Assembly (NCBI GenBank): GCA_963771465.1
Contig: CAVYTU010000015.1
Coordinates: forward strand, 352,001 to 416,000
Direction of reading: 5' to 3'
Origin: an uncultured delta proteobacterium
Lineage (GTDB): Bacteria; Desulfobacterota; Binatia; UBA9968
Length of the DNA: 64,000 nt
Of this stretch, positions 52,513 to 62,294 are shown piece after piece; the first letter of the stretch is position 1; each line of letters begins with the position of its first letter. Both the position numbers and the translations under genes were made by a program. A model generated the notes under the pieces. That model saw only the letters and a list, made by a program, of their open reading frames with translations. It was not told the DNA's origin and did no database searches.

Positions 52513-54684
52513 CTAATTGTCCTCCAGGGGAAAATCCAAAACCTTGCGCACGCGCACGGCGCAGGCTTTGAGTTCCGGCTGGCGCGAAACCGGATCGCGC
52601 GCGCTGTTGGTTAAATTATTTGCGGCTTTGAAGAATCCCTGATCGCGGCCCCAGTGAAACGGCAGAAAGCAAGTGCCGCGGGCGATTTCTTCGGTAACGC
52701 GGCACTGGGCCATCACCTTGCCGCGGCGCGAAGTGATTTCAACAAAATCGGCGTCGTGAATCCCGTAATGTCGCGCGTCGGCGCGATGCAACTCGAGCAT
52801 CGGTTCTGGCGCGCATTTGCGCAGCGCTTGGTTTTTACCGGTCCGCGTCATCGTGTGCCAATGATATTTCGATCGTCCCGTCGTCAACACCAGAGGGTAA
52901 GCGCCATCGGGTTTTTCCGCCGGCTCGACGTGTTCGACAGGGATCAAGTTCGCTCGGCCATCCGCTGTCGGAAAAAATCCTTCACTGTAGAGCTGAACGG
53001 CTGGAGCGCGCATGGTCTTTGGATAAGGCCACTGCAACGGACTGGACTTGAGCTTAGGATAGCTCATGCCCGAGCAATCGCACGGCGTGTTCTTGGTTAG
53101 CGCGGCGAACTCGGCGAAAATATCTTTCGCCGAGGCGTAGGCGAAAGACTCGCCGAATCCCATCGCTTCGGCAAAGAGCGAAATAATTTTCCAATCCGGC
53201 AAAGCCTCACCGGGCGGTTCGACGAGTTTGGCCATGTAAGAGACGCGCCGTTCCGAGTTGGTCATGACGCCTTCTTTCTCGCTCCACTGCGCCGCCGGCA
53301 AGAGCACATGAGCGAACTTACTCGTCGCGGTTGGGTGATAGGCGTCTTGGACGACAACCAGTTCCGCTTGACGCAGCGCCTTCTCGATCAGATCGATGTC
53401 CGGCGCCGACGCCGCCGGATTGGTGCAAAGAATCCAGATCGCTTTGACCTTACCGTCGGCCAAGGCTTCGAATTGCTCCAACGCCGCCAGGCCGGGCTCG
53501 GGCGCGATGCGACCGAACGGCACGCCCCAATAGCGTTCGACTTCGTCGCGATGCAGCGGATTTTGCACCTCGCGATATCCGGGCAGCAGATTGGCCAGCC
53601 CGCCAACTTCTCGACCGCCCATTGCGTTGGGCTGGCCGGTCAACGAGAACGGCCCGCAGCCGGGCTTGCCGATTTTACCCGTGGCAAGATGCAAATTATG
53701 AATCGCATTGTTTTTGTGCACGCCCACCGTGCTTTGGTTCACTCCCATACTCCACAGTGACATGGCGCGCTCGGCCTTGCCGAAGATCAGCGCAGCCTCG
53801 ACGATCAAACATTCAGGAATGCCGCAGATGTCTTGCACGGTTTTCGGCGCATAATCCTTGATGACTTTGATGAGCGCGCCAAAGCCATTGGTGTGTTGCG
53901 CGATATACTGGCGGTCGATCAAATTCTCATCGAGGAGCACGTAAAGCATGCTATTGAGCAAGGCGATGTCGCTTCCCGGACGAATCGGCAAATGCAGATC
54001 GGCGAAGTCGGCCGTCTCGGTGCGCCGCGGATCGACCGCGATGATCACGACATTGTCAGGATCGCGCAACTTGCGCTGCTTGATTCGTTTGAAGATCACA
54101 GGGTGGCAGTCGGCGGTGTTGGTGCCAATCAAGAATAAACAATTGGCCTCGTCGATATCGGCATACGAATTGGGCGGTCCATCCGAGCCCAGCGACGTCT
54201 TGTAGCCAGCCACCGCCGACGCCATGCACAAGCGCGAGTTGGTATCGAAATTATTCGTGCCGATAAAACCCTTGGCCAGTTTGCTGGCGACATAATATTC
54301 TTCCGTGGTCAATTGCCCCGAGCCGTAAAACGCCACTGCGTCGGGCCCATGCTCGTCGATGATTGCGCCGAAACGTTTGGCCAAATAAGTCATCGCTTGT
54401 TGCCAGGAGGCGCGCTTGAACGGCCCTTCCTGGCACGAGCGTATTTGCGGATGGAGCAAACGGTCTTCGGTGTGTAAGGTCTCCGGCAAATAAACCGCTT
54501 TGAGGCAGAGGTCGCCGCGACTCGACGGATGATCGGGGTCGCCTTTGACCTTTGTGACCACGCCGTTTTTCGTGCCGGCAAGCAGTCCACAGCCGACGCC
54601 ACAATAAGGGCAATACGATTTTTGCCAGCGCTCGATACTGTTGCTGGGAATTGTTGGGTTGCTATTTTCCACGGCCATTGACAC
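52513..54684 (-). CDS. nasA: Assimilatory nitrate reductase (Mo-bisPGD, NarB/NasA type)
   Basis: CPYCGVGC..C [4Fe-4S], NSRLCMASA, GQPNAMGGRE, DPVSRQPELK. Confidence 0.92.
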   Translation of the reverse strand: MSMAVENSNPTIPSNSIERWQKSYCPYCGVGCGLLAGTKNGVVTKVKGDPDHPSSRGDLCLKAVYLPETLHTEDRLLHPQIRSCQEGPFKRASWQQAMTYLAKRFGAIIDEHGPDAVAFYGSGQLTTEEYYVASKLAKGFIGTNNFDTNSRLCMASAVAGYKTSLGSDGPPNSYADIDEANCLFLIGTNTADCHPVIFKRIKQRKLRDPDNVVIIAVDPRRTETADFADLHLPIRPGSDIALLNSMLYVLLDENLIDRQYIAQHTNGFGALIKVIKDYAPKTVQDICGIPECLIVEAALIFGKAERAMSLWSMGVNQSTVGVHKNNAIHNLHLATGKIGKPGCGPFSLTGQPNAMGGREVGGLANLLPGYREVQNPLHRDEVERYWGVPFGRIAPEPGLAALEQFEALADGKVKAIWILCTNPAASAPDIDLIEKALRQAELVVVQDAYHPTATSKFAHVLLPAAQWSEKEGVMTNSERRVSYMAKLVEPPGEALPDWKIISLFAEAMGFGESFAYASAKDIFAEFAALTKNTPCDCSGMSYPKLKSSPLQWPYPKTMRAPAVQLYSEGFFPTADGRANLIPVEHVEPAEKPDGAYPLVLTTGRSKYHWHTMTRTGKNQALRKCAPEPMLELHRADARHYGIHDADFVEITSRRGKVMAQCRVTEEIARGTCFLPFHWGRDQGFFKAANNLTNSARDPVSRQPELKACAVRVRKVLDFPLEDN

Positions 54685-54699
54685 GGCGACAGTCTCGTA

Positions 54700-55665
54700 T
54701 CAACTCAGCGCCTTTACGTCGGTGCGCGCCAAGTGAGCGGCGAAATCGTCCATGGCCGGCTTTTTTCGAAACTCGCCGCGGAAGCGGTTGAAGCCGGTAA
54801 ACTTTTCAATTACGAACAGCTCTTCCGGCGTCGGCGCCGGACCTGCCGGAGCCGACCGCTCGCTAACCGGCCGAGTCGGAACGGCGCCATGCATCGCGTG
54901 TTGATCGAGGAAGCCCAGTAGTTGGCTACGCAGCCGATGATAAGACGGATCGTCAATGAGACTCAGGCGGTCGCGCGGCCGCTCGAACGGCACGGCGAGG
55001 ATCTCACCCACGGTCGCGGCTGGACCGTTGGTCATCATCACCACGCGGTCGGCGAGCAACAGCGCTTCATCGACATCATGGGTCACCATCAACACCGTCT
55101 TATGTTGCTCTGCGCAAAGCTGCATCAACTGGTCTTGCAGCTCCATGCGGGTGATCACATCGAGCAGGCTGAAGGGCTCGTCGAGCAACAACACGCGCGG
55201 CTCGAGAGCAAACGCGCGCGCGATGCCGACGCGCTGACGCATGCCGGCGGACAGCTCGTCGGGATAACAATCGGCGACGCCAACCAACCCCACGGCGTTG
55301 AGAAACTTATCCGCCAACGCTTGACGAACTTTCGCCGACAAGCGCTGGTCGACTTGGTCGACAGCCAGCAGGACATTATCCCGTGCCGTCAGCCAAGGTA
55401 ACAACGCCGAAGATTGAAACACGACACCGCGGTCCAAACCGGGGCCGACGACTTCCCGTCCGCCGATAATGATGCCGCCTTCGCTGGCGTCGTTGAGACC
55501 CATGGCGATCGACAACACGGTCGATTTGCCGCAGCCGGAGTGGCCGATAATGCAAACAAACTCGCCCTCGGCGATTTTGAGATTGAAATCCTTGACGATG
55601 ACCGCCCGGCCCTGGTCGGTGTCGTAGCTCTTGCCAAGTTGGGTGATCTCGAGTGCTGGTATCAT
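54700..55665 (-). CDS. nrtD: Nitrate ABC transporter ATPase
   Basis: GHSGCGKST, LDEPF, MMTNGPAATVG. Confidence 0.88.
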   Translation of the reverse strand: MIPALEITQLGKSYDTDQGRAVIVKDFNLKIAEGEFVCIIGHSGCGKSTVLSIAMGLNDASEGGIIIGGREVVGPGLDRGVVFQSSALLPWLTARDNVLLAVDQVDQRLSAKVRQALADKFLNAVGLVGVADCYPDELSAGMRQRVGIARAFALEPRVLLLDEPFSLLDVITRMELQDQLMQLCAEQHKTVLMVTHDVDEALLLADRVVMMTNGPAATVGEILAVPFERPRDRLSLIDDPSYHRLRSQLLGFLDQHAMHGAVPTRPVSERSAPAGPAPTPEELFVIEKFTGFNRFRGEFRKKPAMDDFAAHLARTDVKALS

Positions 55666-55683
55666 GGACTGTAAGATTCCTGT

Positions 55684-56517
55684 CTATTGGAGTACGAGCG
55701 TTGCGCCGTTCTTGGCGCGGGCCGATGATGGGTCGGCCACGCCACCGGTGAGCAGCCGGAGCGTCTCTCGTCGGGCTTTCTGATAGATCGGCTGGCCGGT
55801 TAATTGAGTTCGCGTGCGCGGATGCTGCGTATCGATGGCGATCGGCGGCCCGAGCGTCGCCCCAGGCGCGGAGGTCAAGGTGTAAATCGTATCGGCAAGT
55901 AGAATCGCCTCATCGATGTCGTTGGTGATCATCACCACCGTTTTGCGCGTTTCCATCCAAATGCGCGCCAACTCCTCCTGCAAGCTGCCGCGGGTCAACG
56001 CATCCAAGGCGCTGAACGGTTCGTCCAGCAGTAAAACTTGCGGATCCATCGCCAGGCCGCGCGCCACCGCTACCCTTTGACGCATGCCGCCGGAAAGCTC
56101 ACGCGGATATTTTTTCATCGCCGCGCCGAGATTGACCAGCTCGATGTAATGCTCCGCGCGCCGGCGCTTCTCCCCCGCCGCGAGTTGCGGCGCCACCGCA
56201 TCCACGGCCAAATAAACGTTCTCGAACACGTTCAACCACGGCAGCAAAGAGTAATTTTGAAATATCACGCCGCGGTCCGGACCGGGGCCGGAAATTGCCT
56301 GGCCGCCGAGGAGAATGCTGCCGGTGTCCGGTTCGATGAGTCCGGCGATCAACGAGATCAACGTCGTCTTACCCGCGCCGGAACGGCCGATGATGCAGAC
56401 AAACTCATTCTCGTCGATCGATAAGTTGATATCGCGCAGCACCGGCAGCACGGCGCTTTCGCCCCGGCTCCCACGCCGAAAGTTTTTACTGAGTCCGGTG
56501 ATTTCAAGCAACGCCAT
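55684..56517 (-). CDS. nrtC: Nitrate ABC transporter ATPase
   Basis: GRSGAGKTT, FQNYSLLPWL, LSGGMRQR. Confidence 0.85.
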   Translation of the reverse strand: MALLEITGLSKNFRRGSRGESAVLPVLRDINLSIDENEFVCIIGRSGAGKTTLISLIAGLIEPDTGSILLGGQAISGPGPDRGVIFQNYSLLPWLNVFENVYLAVDAVAPQLAAGEKRRRAEHYIELVNLGAAMKKYPRELSGGMRQRVAVARGLAMDPQVLLLDEPFSALDALTRGSLQEELARIWMETRKTVVMITNDIDEAILLADTIYTLTSAPGATLGPPIAIDTQHPRTRTQLTGQPIYQKARRETLRLLTGGVADPSSARAKNGATLVLQ

Positions 56518-56526
56518 AGCGCGCCC

Positions 56527-57300
56527 TCACGCGGTCTTGAAGCGCCGCTCAACCACGCCCATGAGCCGGTCGAGAGTGAAACCTATGAGTCCGATTGCCA
56601 GCACGGATAAAAGAATATGCGAGTAAACCAGGCTGTTGTATTCCTGCCAGAGAAAACCACCGAGCCCCGGAGAGCCGGTGAGCATCTCCGCGGCGACGAT
56701 CACCAGCCACGCCATGCCGAGACTCAGACGATAACCGGTAAACATAAACGGCAGCGTGGCAGGGATCATGATCTTCCTAAGCGTCTTCATCGGCGATAGT
56801 TTAAGCACGCGGCCGACGTTTAAATATTCCGTGCCGATGCTGCGCACGCCCATCGCGGTATTGATCACGGTTGGCCACATGGCGCACAGCGCGATGGTGA
56901 ACAGCGCCGCCGGCTCCGACTGTTTGAAGATCACCAACCCCAGAGGCAACCAGGCTAAGGGCGAAATCGGCCGCAGCACTTGAATCACCGGATCGAAGGC
57001 TTGATGAAATTTCGGCGATAGACCGAGCAGAAAACCCAACGGCGTGCCGATGACGATCGCCAAGAAAAATCCTTTGGCGACGCGCACGAGACTTAAGAAA
57101 GCGAAGCGCAAAATCCCTTGATTCATCTCGCCGTCTTTGAAAAAAGGGTTGAGAATATACTGTTGGCTTTCTTGCCAGGTCTTGAGCGGTGACGGCAAAT
57201 CGGGCGCGACTTTCAAGCTGATCGCAGTCCAAATCATCAGCATCAACGACACACCCAGCAGCGGCAAAATCAGCGCATTCGCATCGATACGTTTTTCCAT
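56527..57300 (-). CDS. nrtB: Nitrate ABC transporter permease
   Basis: LRPISPLAWLP, WLVIVAAEML. Confidence 0.92.
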   Translation of the reverse strand: MEKRIDANALILPLLGVSLMLMIWTAISLKVAPDLPSPLKTWQESQQYILNPFFKDGEMNQGILRFAFLSLVRVAKGFFLAIVIGTPLGFLLGLSPKFHQAFDPVIQVLRPISPLAWLPLGLVIFKQSEPAALFTIALCAMWPTVINTAMGVRSIGTEYLNVGRVLKLSPMKTLRKIMIPATLPFMFTGYRLSLGMAWLVIVAAEMLTGSPGLGGFLWQEYNSLVYSHILLSVLAIGLIGFTLDRLMGVVERRFKTA

Positions 57301-57314
57301 TGTCTAAATAACCT

Positions 57315-58574
57315 CTAAGCAAGATTGCTGACTGAGAATTTTTTCACGTACTCTTCCGGCTTCGCCGGATCGAACTCGACTTTGTCGAAGAGCGTTTCTT
57401 TTTTCATGTCTTCTTTCGGCACGGCGACGCCCAGATCTTTGGCGACTTCGCGGTAAATATCGGGTCGGATGACCTTGTTCACAATGCCCGCGTAATCCGG
57501 CGCGCCTTTGACCATGCCCCAGCGGCGGAACTGCGAGATCCACCACACGCCATGCGACTTCCAGGGGAAATTGGTGTTGCGGTCGAAAAAGGTCATGTAG
57601 TTGGGATCTTTCTCCTTGCGCCCGTCGCCGTAGTCGTAGTCGCCCAACATCCGTCCAAGAATGACTTCCTTCGAGGTATTGATGTATTGCGGTTTTGACA
57701 CCACCTCGGCCATGTGCGCGCGGTTTTCCAACTTGTCGATATGCTGGCTCGACTCGGTGACGGCGCGCAGGATCGCTTTGACGGTCTTGGGATTTTTCTC
57801 GGCGAATTCTTCGGTGAATGCCAAAACCTTTTCGGGATGATCCTTCCAGATTTGCTGGGTCGTCACTGCCGTGTAACCGATGCCGTCGGCGATGGCGCGC
57901 GCGTTCCACGGTTCGCCGACACAGAATCCGTCCATCTTGTCGACTTTCATATTGGCGACCATTTGCGCTGGCGGGATCGTGATCAGCGTCACATCTTTGT
58001 CCGGGTTGATGCCGCCGGCGGCGAGCCAGTAGCGCGTCCACATGGCGTGGGTGCCGGGCGGGAAAGTCATCGCGAAGGTCATCGGCTTGCCGGCCTTCTT
58101 CGCTTCCTCGACGATCGGCTTCAGCGCCTGCGGCGTGCGCACGCCCTTGGCCTTTAAATCATTCTCAAGTGTGATCGCTTGGCCGTTGCGATTGAGCACG
58201 AGTGGAATGATCATCGGCTTCACCGGCGAACCGAGCAGTCCCATACTCGATGCGAAAGGCATGCCGAAAAGCATATGGGTTGCGTGATTTTCACCGAGCG
58301 TGAGTTTGTCGCGGATCGCCGCCCAGGAAGCTTCCTTGGAAATCGTCGACTCGATGCCGTATTTTTTGAACAGGCCGAGCTCATGCGCCATCACGATCGA
58401 CGAGCAATCGGTCAGCGCGATAATGCCGAGACGAATCTTGGTCGTCTCCGGCGCGTCGGCGGCATAGACGCCGCCGACCCAACCGCTCGGCAGATGGCTC
58501 AACAGCATGCCCAACGAACTGGCGCCGGCCACTTTGAGAAATTCGCGCCGGTTTGGCTGCTTAACTCTCTCCAT
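57315..58574 (-). CDS. nrtA: CmpA/NrtA nitrate-binding protein with Tat signal
   Basis: NRREFLK twin-arginine; ALTDC, FCVGEPWN, WKDHPEK. Confidence 0.92.
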   Translation of the reverse strand: MERVKQPNRREFLKVAGASSLGMLLSHLPSGWVGGVYAADAPETTKIRLGIIALTDCSSIVMAHELGLFKKYGIESTISKEASWAAIRDKLTLGENHATHMLFGMPFASSMGLLGSPVKPMIIPLVLNRNGQAITLENDLKAKGVRTPQALKPIVEEAKKAGKPMTFAMTFPPGTHAMWTRYWLAAGGINPDKDVTLITIPPAQMVANMKVDKMDGFCVGEPWNARAIADGIGYTAVTTQQIWKDHPEKVLAFTEEFAEKNPKTVKAILRAVTESSQHIDKLENRAHMAEVVSKPQYINTSKEVILGRMLGDYDYGDGRKEKDPNYMTFFDRNTNFPWKSHGVWWISQFRRWGMVKGAPDYAGIVNKVIRPDIYREVAKDLGVAVPKEDMKKETLFDKVEFDPAKPEEYVKKFSVSNLA

Positions 58575-58579
58575 CTCGA

Positions 58580-60433
58580 TCACCCCTCCACGGTATAGTT
58601 TTCGCCCTGCGCGGCGAGTTTGAAAATTTTCGCTTTGAGCTTGGCGTTGGTCGCACAAGCGCCGCTGGTTAAATCGAATTTGTAGCCGTGCAGCGGGCAG
58701 ACAACGGCGCCTTTTTCGATCCAGCCGGCCGACAGCTGGCCGCCTTCATGAGGACAAGCGTTTTGGATCGCGCAAAGTTGACCGTTATGTTTAAAGACTG
58801 CGATCTCGTCGTTATTCACGCGCACGAGTTTGGCTGATCCTTCTTTGATTTCGTCGGCGCGAATGACCGCTTTGACCGGTTCGATCTTGGCTTCCGGCTG
58901 CGTGCCGGTGGCGACCGGTATGGGAATTTTTCTAAGCTGCTGGCGCATCGCTTTGAACGCGCCATGCTTTACTAAACCGGCCAAAACATCCGGCAAATCA
59001 TCGCACGGGACATCTTCTAAAAGTTTGATTGGAAAATTCGCCTCACATCCAGCCGCGCCGCCGGCAAAAACGTCGACTGCTTCGACCACTTCGCCCCCGC
59101 GCTTGATGTTTTTGCCGAGCAGTCCGATATCCGCCAGGGTGTGATTACCGCAACTCGCCGGACAGCCCGACCAGTGCATGCGCAGCGGTTGGGTCTTGCC
59201 GAGTTTTGCTTCGAGCGCGCGCGCGGTCTTGAGCGCCCAACCTTTGGTATCGATCAAGGCGAAGTGGCAATAGTCCATGCCGGTGCAACTCACCAGACCG
59301 CGCATGACTTCGGAGGGATCGTAACGTAGCGCCTGAAGCACCGGCGCTTCAGTGAGCTCGCCGATCCTGCGGTCGGGCACGTTGGGAATAATAATATTTT
59401 GCCCAACGGTCAGACGCAGCTCGCCGCTGCCGTAGTTCTCGGCCGCAGCGGCAACCTCGAGCATCTGCTCCGAAGTCATGCGTCCCACGGGCACGGCAAG
59501 ACCGACATAATTCAGTCCGGCCTGTTGCTGGCGAAACACGCCGACATGGTCGGTATGCTTCGGCGCGCGTTGATCCTTGCCGGCCGAGGCGAGCGGGCGA
59601 TCGACGCGCCTTTCCAATTCTTTGCGAAACTTTTCCACGCCCCATGCTTCGATGAGAAACGCCAGACGCGCCTTGGTGCGCAGCTCGCGCGCGCCATGGT
59701 CGCGAAAGATCATCACCACATGGGAACAGACTGACACGGCTTCTTCGGGCGTGACGAATAGATTTAACGGCGACGCCATGCGCAAACCGCCCGAGCCGAG
59801 TTTGCCGCCGACGGCGACGTTGAAGCCAGCCACCAGCGCTCCGTCCGTTTCCTTCAGCGCCGGCGTCAGCGCTAAATCCTGCCCCTCGGCATGGGTGCAA
59901 GCTTCTTTGCACGCGGTAATGGTGACGTTGAACTTGCGCGGCAGATTGGTGAACGACTTGTTGCCGATGAACATCCGGGTGAACTCGCACGCCACCGGCG
60001 AGGCATCGAACAATTCATTAGGAGTGATACCGGCCACCGGGCAACCGATCACGCCACGGATATTATCCATGCCGGTCTGTAATGAAATCAGATCGACGGC
60101 GCGCAAGCGCTGCCAAATTTCCGGCACGTCGTTGATCTTAAACTCACGCAGCTGCATCTGCTGGCGCGTGGTAATATCTGCGAAGCCTTTGCCGAAGTCA
60201 CGGCTGATCTCACCGATGGTGCGCAGCTGCGCCGCGCTCATGAAACCATTGGCGAAGCGCAGCCGCATCATGAAGCGGCCGGGAGTCTGGCGGCGAAAAA
60301 ATACTCCCGCCCACTTCATCAGCTCCTTGTCGCCATCGGTGATTTTCTCCCAACCCTCTGCGGCATAGCGCGGTATGTCGTCGAGAATATCGAGACCGTC
60401 TTTCTCTCTCTTATATTCTTCGATCTTGTTCAT
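58580..60433 (-). CDS. nirA: Ferredoxin-nitrite reductase fused to a C-terminal Rieske domain
   Basis: TTRQ, NLPRKFN, CTGMDYC..SGCPASC; CPHEGG..CPLHGY. Confidence 0.9.
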   Translation of the reverse strand: MNKIEEYKREKDGLDILDDIPRYAAEGWEKITDGDKELMKWAGVFFRRQTPGRFMMRLRFANGFMSAAQLRTIGEISRDFGKGFADITTRQQMQLREFKINDVPEIWQRLRAVDLISLQTGMDNIRGVIGCPVAGITPNELFDASPVACEFTRMFIGNKSFTNLPRKFNVTITACKEACTHAEGQDLALTPALKETDGALVAGFNVAVGGKLGSGGLRMASPLNLFVTPEEAVSVCSHVVMIFRDHGARELRTKARLAFLIEAWGVEKFRKELERRVDRPLASAGKDQRAPKHTDHVGVFRQQQAGLNYVGLAVPVGRMTSEQMLEVAAAAENYGSGELRLTVGQNIIIPNVPDRRIGELTEAPVLQALRYDPSEVMRGLVSCTGMDYCHFALIDTKGWALKTARALEAKLGKTQPLRMHWSGCPASCGNHTLADIGLLGKNIKRGGEVVEAVDVFAGGAAGCEANFPIKLLEDVPCDDLPDVLAGLVKHGAFKAMRQQLRKIPIPVATGTQPEAKIEPVKAVIRADEIKEGSAKLVRVNNDEIAVFKHNGQLCAIQNACPHEGGQLSAGWIEKGAVVCPLHGYKFDLTSGACATNAKLKAKIFKLAAQGENYTVEG

Positions 60434-60451
60434 CGCTCGCGAAGTGGTATG

Positions 60452-60467
60452 AGCAACGGGTATGCCA
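60452..60467 (-). promoter_or_regulatory. Sigma54 promoter of nirA-nrt-nas operon
   Basis: TGGCAT-ACCCG-TTGCT, canonical spacing. Confidence 0.8.
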
Positions 60468-60736
60468 TCAAGGAAATCCGCAATACCTGAATAAATTCAG
60501 AGCTCTTAATATTAATCGAGATTGATATGCTCACGATTCATTCGCATGCCGCCCATAAATTCAGCAGACGCCGCAAGAACGGAATCGTCACATGCCAGGT
60601 GACTAATAAACCGGCAGCTGCAACCAAATTAAGCTGCGCCAGGAAAATCATACCCTCGGCGACTGCAGCGTTGGGCCATTTAGTATTGATCCGGCTCCGC
60701 ATCGCCGGAACCGAAGCGACCGGAACAATTTTTTTT

Positions 60737-61509
60737 CTAACTATCTAGAACTTCGTCCCGCACAACCGGTTCTGATTTGGCCTGCGAGTCTTGATAGAAG
60801 ACGCCCGCAGCCTGGTCTGTCTTGGCTCCGAGTAACGCTTGAGCATTGCCCATCGCCCGCTCGATATCTTGGATCGGCGTATCGGAGATTCGCCCATGTC
60901 CCGGATAAAGCGCGTTGAGAGCGAAACAGCGCAGCCGCGCTAGCGAATCCAAATAATCGCCGACGCTGCCCGACTCGGCGATGTAGGAAAGCGTGCCGCC
61001 GGCAAAAACACTGTCAGCGGAAAAGAGCAGGCCATGGTTGGTTTCGATGAGCGAAATACAGCCCGAGGTGTGTCCCGGCGTGTGAAAGACGCGCAAACTG
61101 TAATTGCCGAGATCGATGCGCGTCATATTCTCCAACCAAAAATGCACTCGCATCGGCAATTCGTTGAGATCGTTGCCCTTGTACATGGTCACGTAGTAGT
61201 CGCCGGTGGTCATTTTCGATGCGGCCAGCCGGTAAGCCGCGATCATCGCCGACTCTTGAAAGTAGCGATTGGCGCCGATGTGATCGCAGTGCTCATGGGA
61301 GTTGATGACCAAATTGATATCGCGCACTTTCATGCCGATTTGCCGCGAGTCCTCGTTCCAGCACTGGAAAATTTTGATCCGAGCCGGTATCGATCATGAC
61401 GTTCATGTAATCGCCCTTGATAACGTAACTATGGCTGCTGCCGTTCAGGCCGCGAATCTGAAATATGCCTGGATTGAGTTCGTTAACCGCGTTGATTTTT
61501 TTGTCCCAT
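60737..61509 (-). CDS. Metallo-beta-lactamase-fold hydrolase (two apparent +1 frameshifts at the 5' end)
   Basis: SHEHCDHIG, TPGHT, PGHG; upstream frame SHSYVIKGDYMNVMIDTG belongs to the same fold; breaks at A7 (61496-61502) and near 61346. Confidence 0.8.
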
Positions 61510-61514
61510 GCAGT

Positions 61515-61862
61515 TCAACTCCTTGTTTCCTTCATCGCTCCTTCGAGGTCATCGTAGATTTCAAACTGCTCGGCGAAACGGTCGTCGTGAAAATATCCCT
61601 TCAGTTGCGGATTGAGATGACACAGCCGCAACACCCCGACGCGCTGATCGACTTCGCGTTTGAACGAGGTCAGCACGCCGACTTCCCAGACACCGAACTG
61701 CTCCAATTGTTTCAAGTTCACGATCACGCGAATCCCTTGGCGCGTGAGCCAGCGTCGAAACATATGGCGGACCCGCAGCGGTTCATTGTTTTCCGCCTTT
61801 CCCGACGGCGTCACGATCACCCAACCGGCAACTTCGCTGATGCGATACCTCACCGCGTTCAT
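61515..61862 (-). CDS. STAS-domain (anti-anti-sigma-like) protein
   Basis: VIVTPSG..VIVNLKQLEQF..LRLCHLNP..FEIYDDLEGA; ATGA overlap with upstream ORF. Confidence 0.8.
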   Translation of the reverse strand: MNAVRYRISEVAGWVIVTPSGKAENNEPLRVRHMFRRWLTRQGIRVIVNLKQLEQFGVWEVGVLTSFKREVDQRVGVLRLCHLNPQLKGYFHDDRFAEQFEIYDDLEGAMKETRS

Positions 61863-62056
61863 TTCCATAGCGGCCAGTCCCGCGGCCGGCGGCGTATCGG
61901 CGGTGCCGGCGGTAGCGCAAGATTGAAACATTTAGCCATTTCCAGCACGGGGATCTGCGGAATATCTTTATCGGCGCGGTCGCCGAATACGTCCGCTAGA
62001 TAGATGACATTGTCCAAGATCTTTCCCGTCATGGTTTTCTGCCCAATAATATCCAT
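61859..62056 (-). CDS. Small hypothetical protein (65 aa)
   Basis: AAAGGAG SD; first ORF after the leader; stop overlaps STAS start. Confidence 0.6.
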   Translation of the reverse strand: MDIIGQKTMTGKILDNVIYLADVFGDRADKDIPQIPVLEMAKCFNLALPPAPPIRRRPRDWPLWK

Positions 62057-62075
62057 GGCAATCTCCTTTGTCGAT

Positions 62076-62144
62076 AAAAATAAAAAGGCGCTCCACCGCG
62101 TAACGGTGAGCGCCTTTGCTCTACCGAAGGCAACGTCGCCTTCG
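62076..62144 (-). promoter_or_regulatory. ANTAR target RNA: two hexaloop hairpins overlapping an intrinsic terminator
   Basis: P1 CGAAGGC-GACGTT-GCCTTCG; P2 GAGC-AAAGGC-GCTC; terminator AAAGGCGCTCACCG..CGGTGGAGCGCCTTT-TTATTTTT. Confidence 0.88.
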
Positions 62145-62159
62145 TGAAAGTTACACTAC

Positions 62160-62175
62160 GCAATGCGTTATGCCA
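62160..62175 (-). promoter_or_regulatory. Sigma54-like promoter with one extra spacer base
   Basis: TGGCAT-AACGCA-TTGC (N6 rather than N5); NtrC-like TGCTCAAAAGCGCAGCA at 62259-62275. Confidence 0.5.
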
Positions 62176-62294
62176 TCAGCACCCTGCCTCAAAGTACTGC
62201 CGATTTCTCAATTGAGTAACTGTCCATAAGGTCGCTGCCAATGGATCGATCAATTTGCTGCTCAAAAGCGCAGCAGCGACTCTTGCGTCGATCT

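Noticed and set aside
61496-61502. Programmed frameshift or phase variation at the A7 run of the MBL gene
   Set aside because: A second break and several nearby indels favour sequence error or decay
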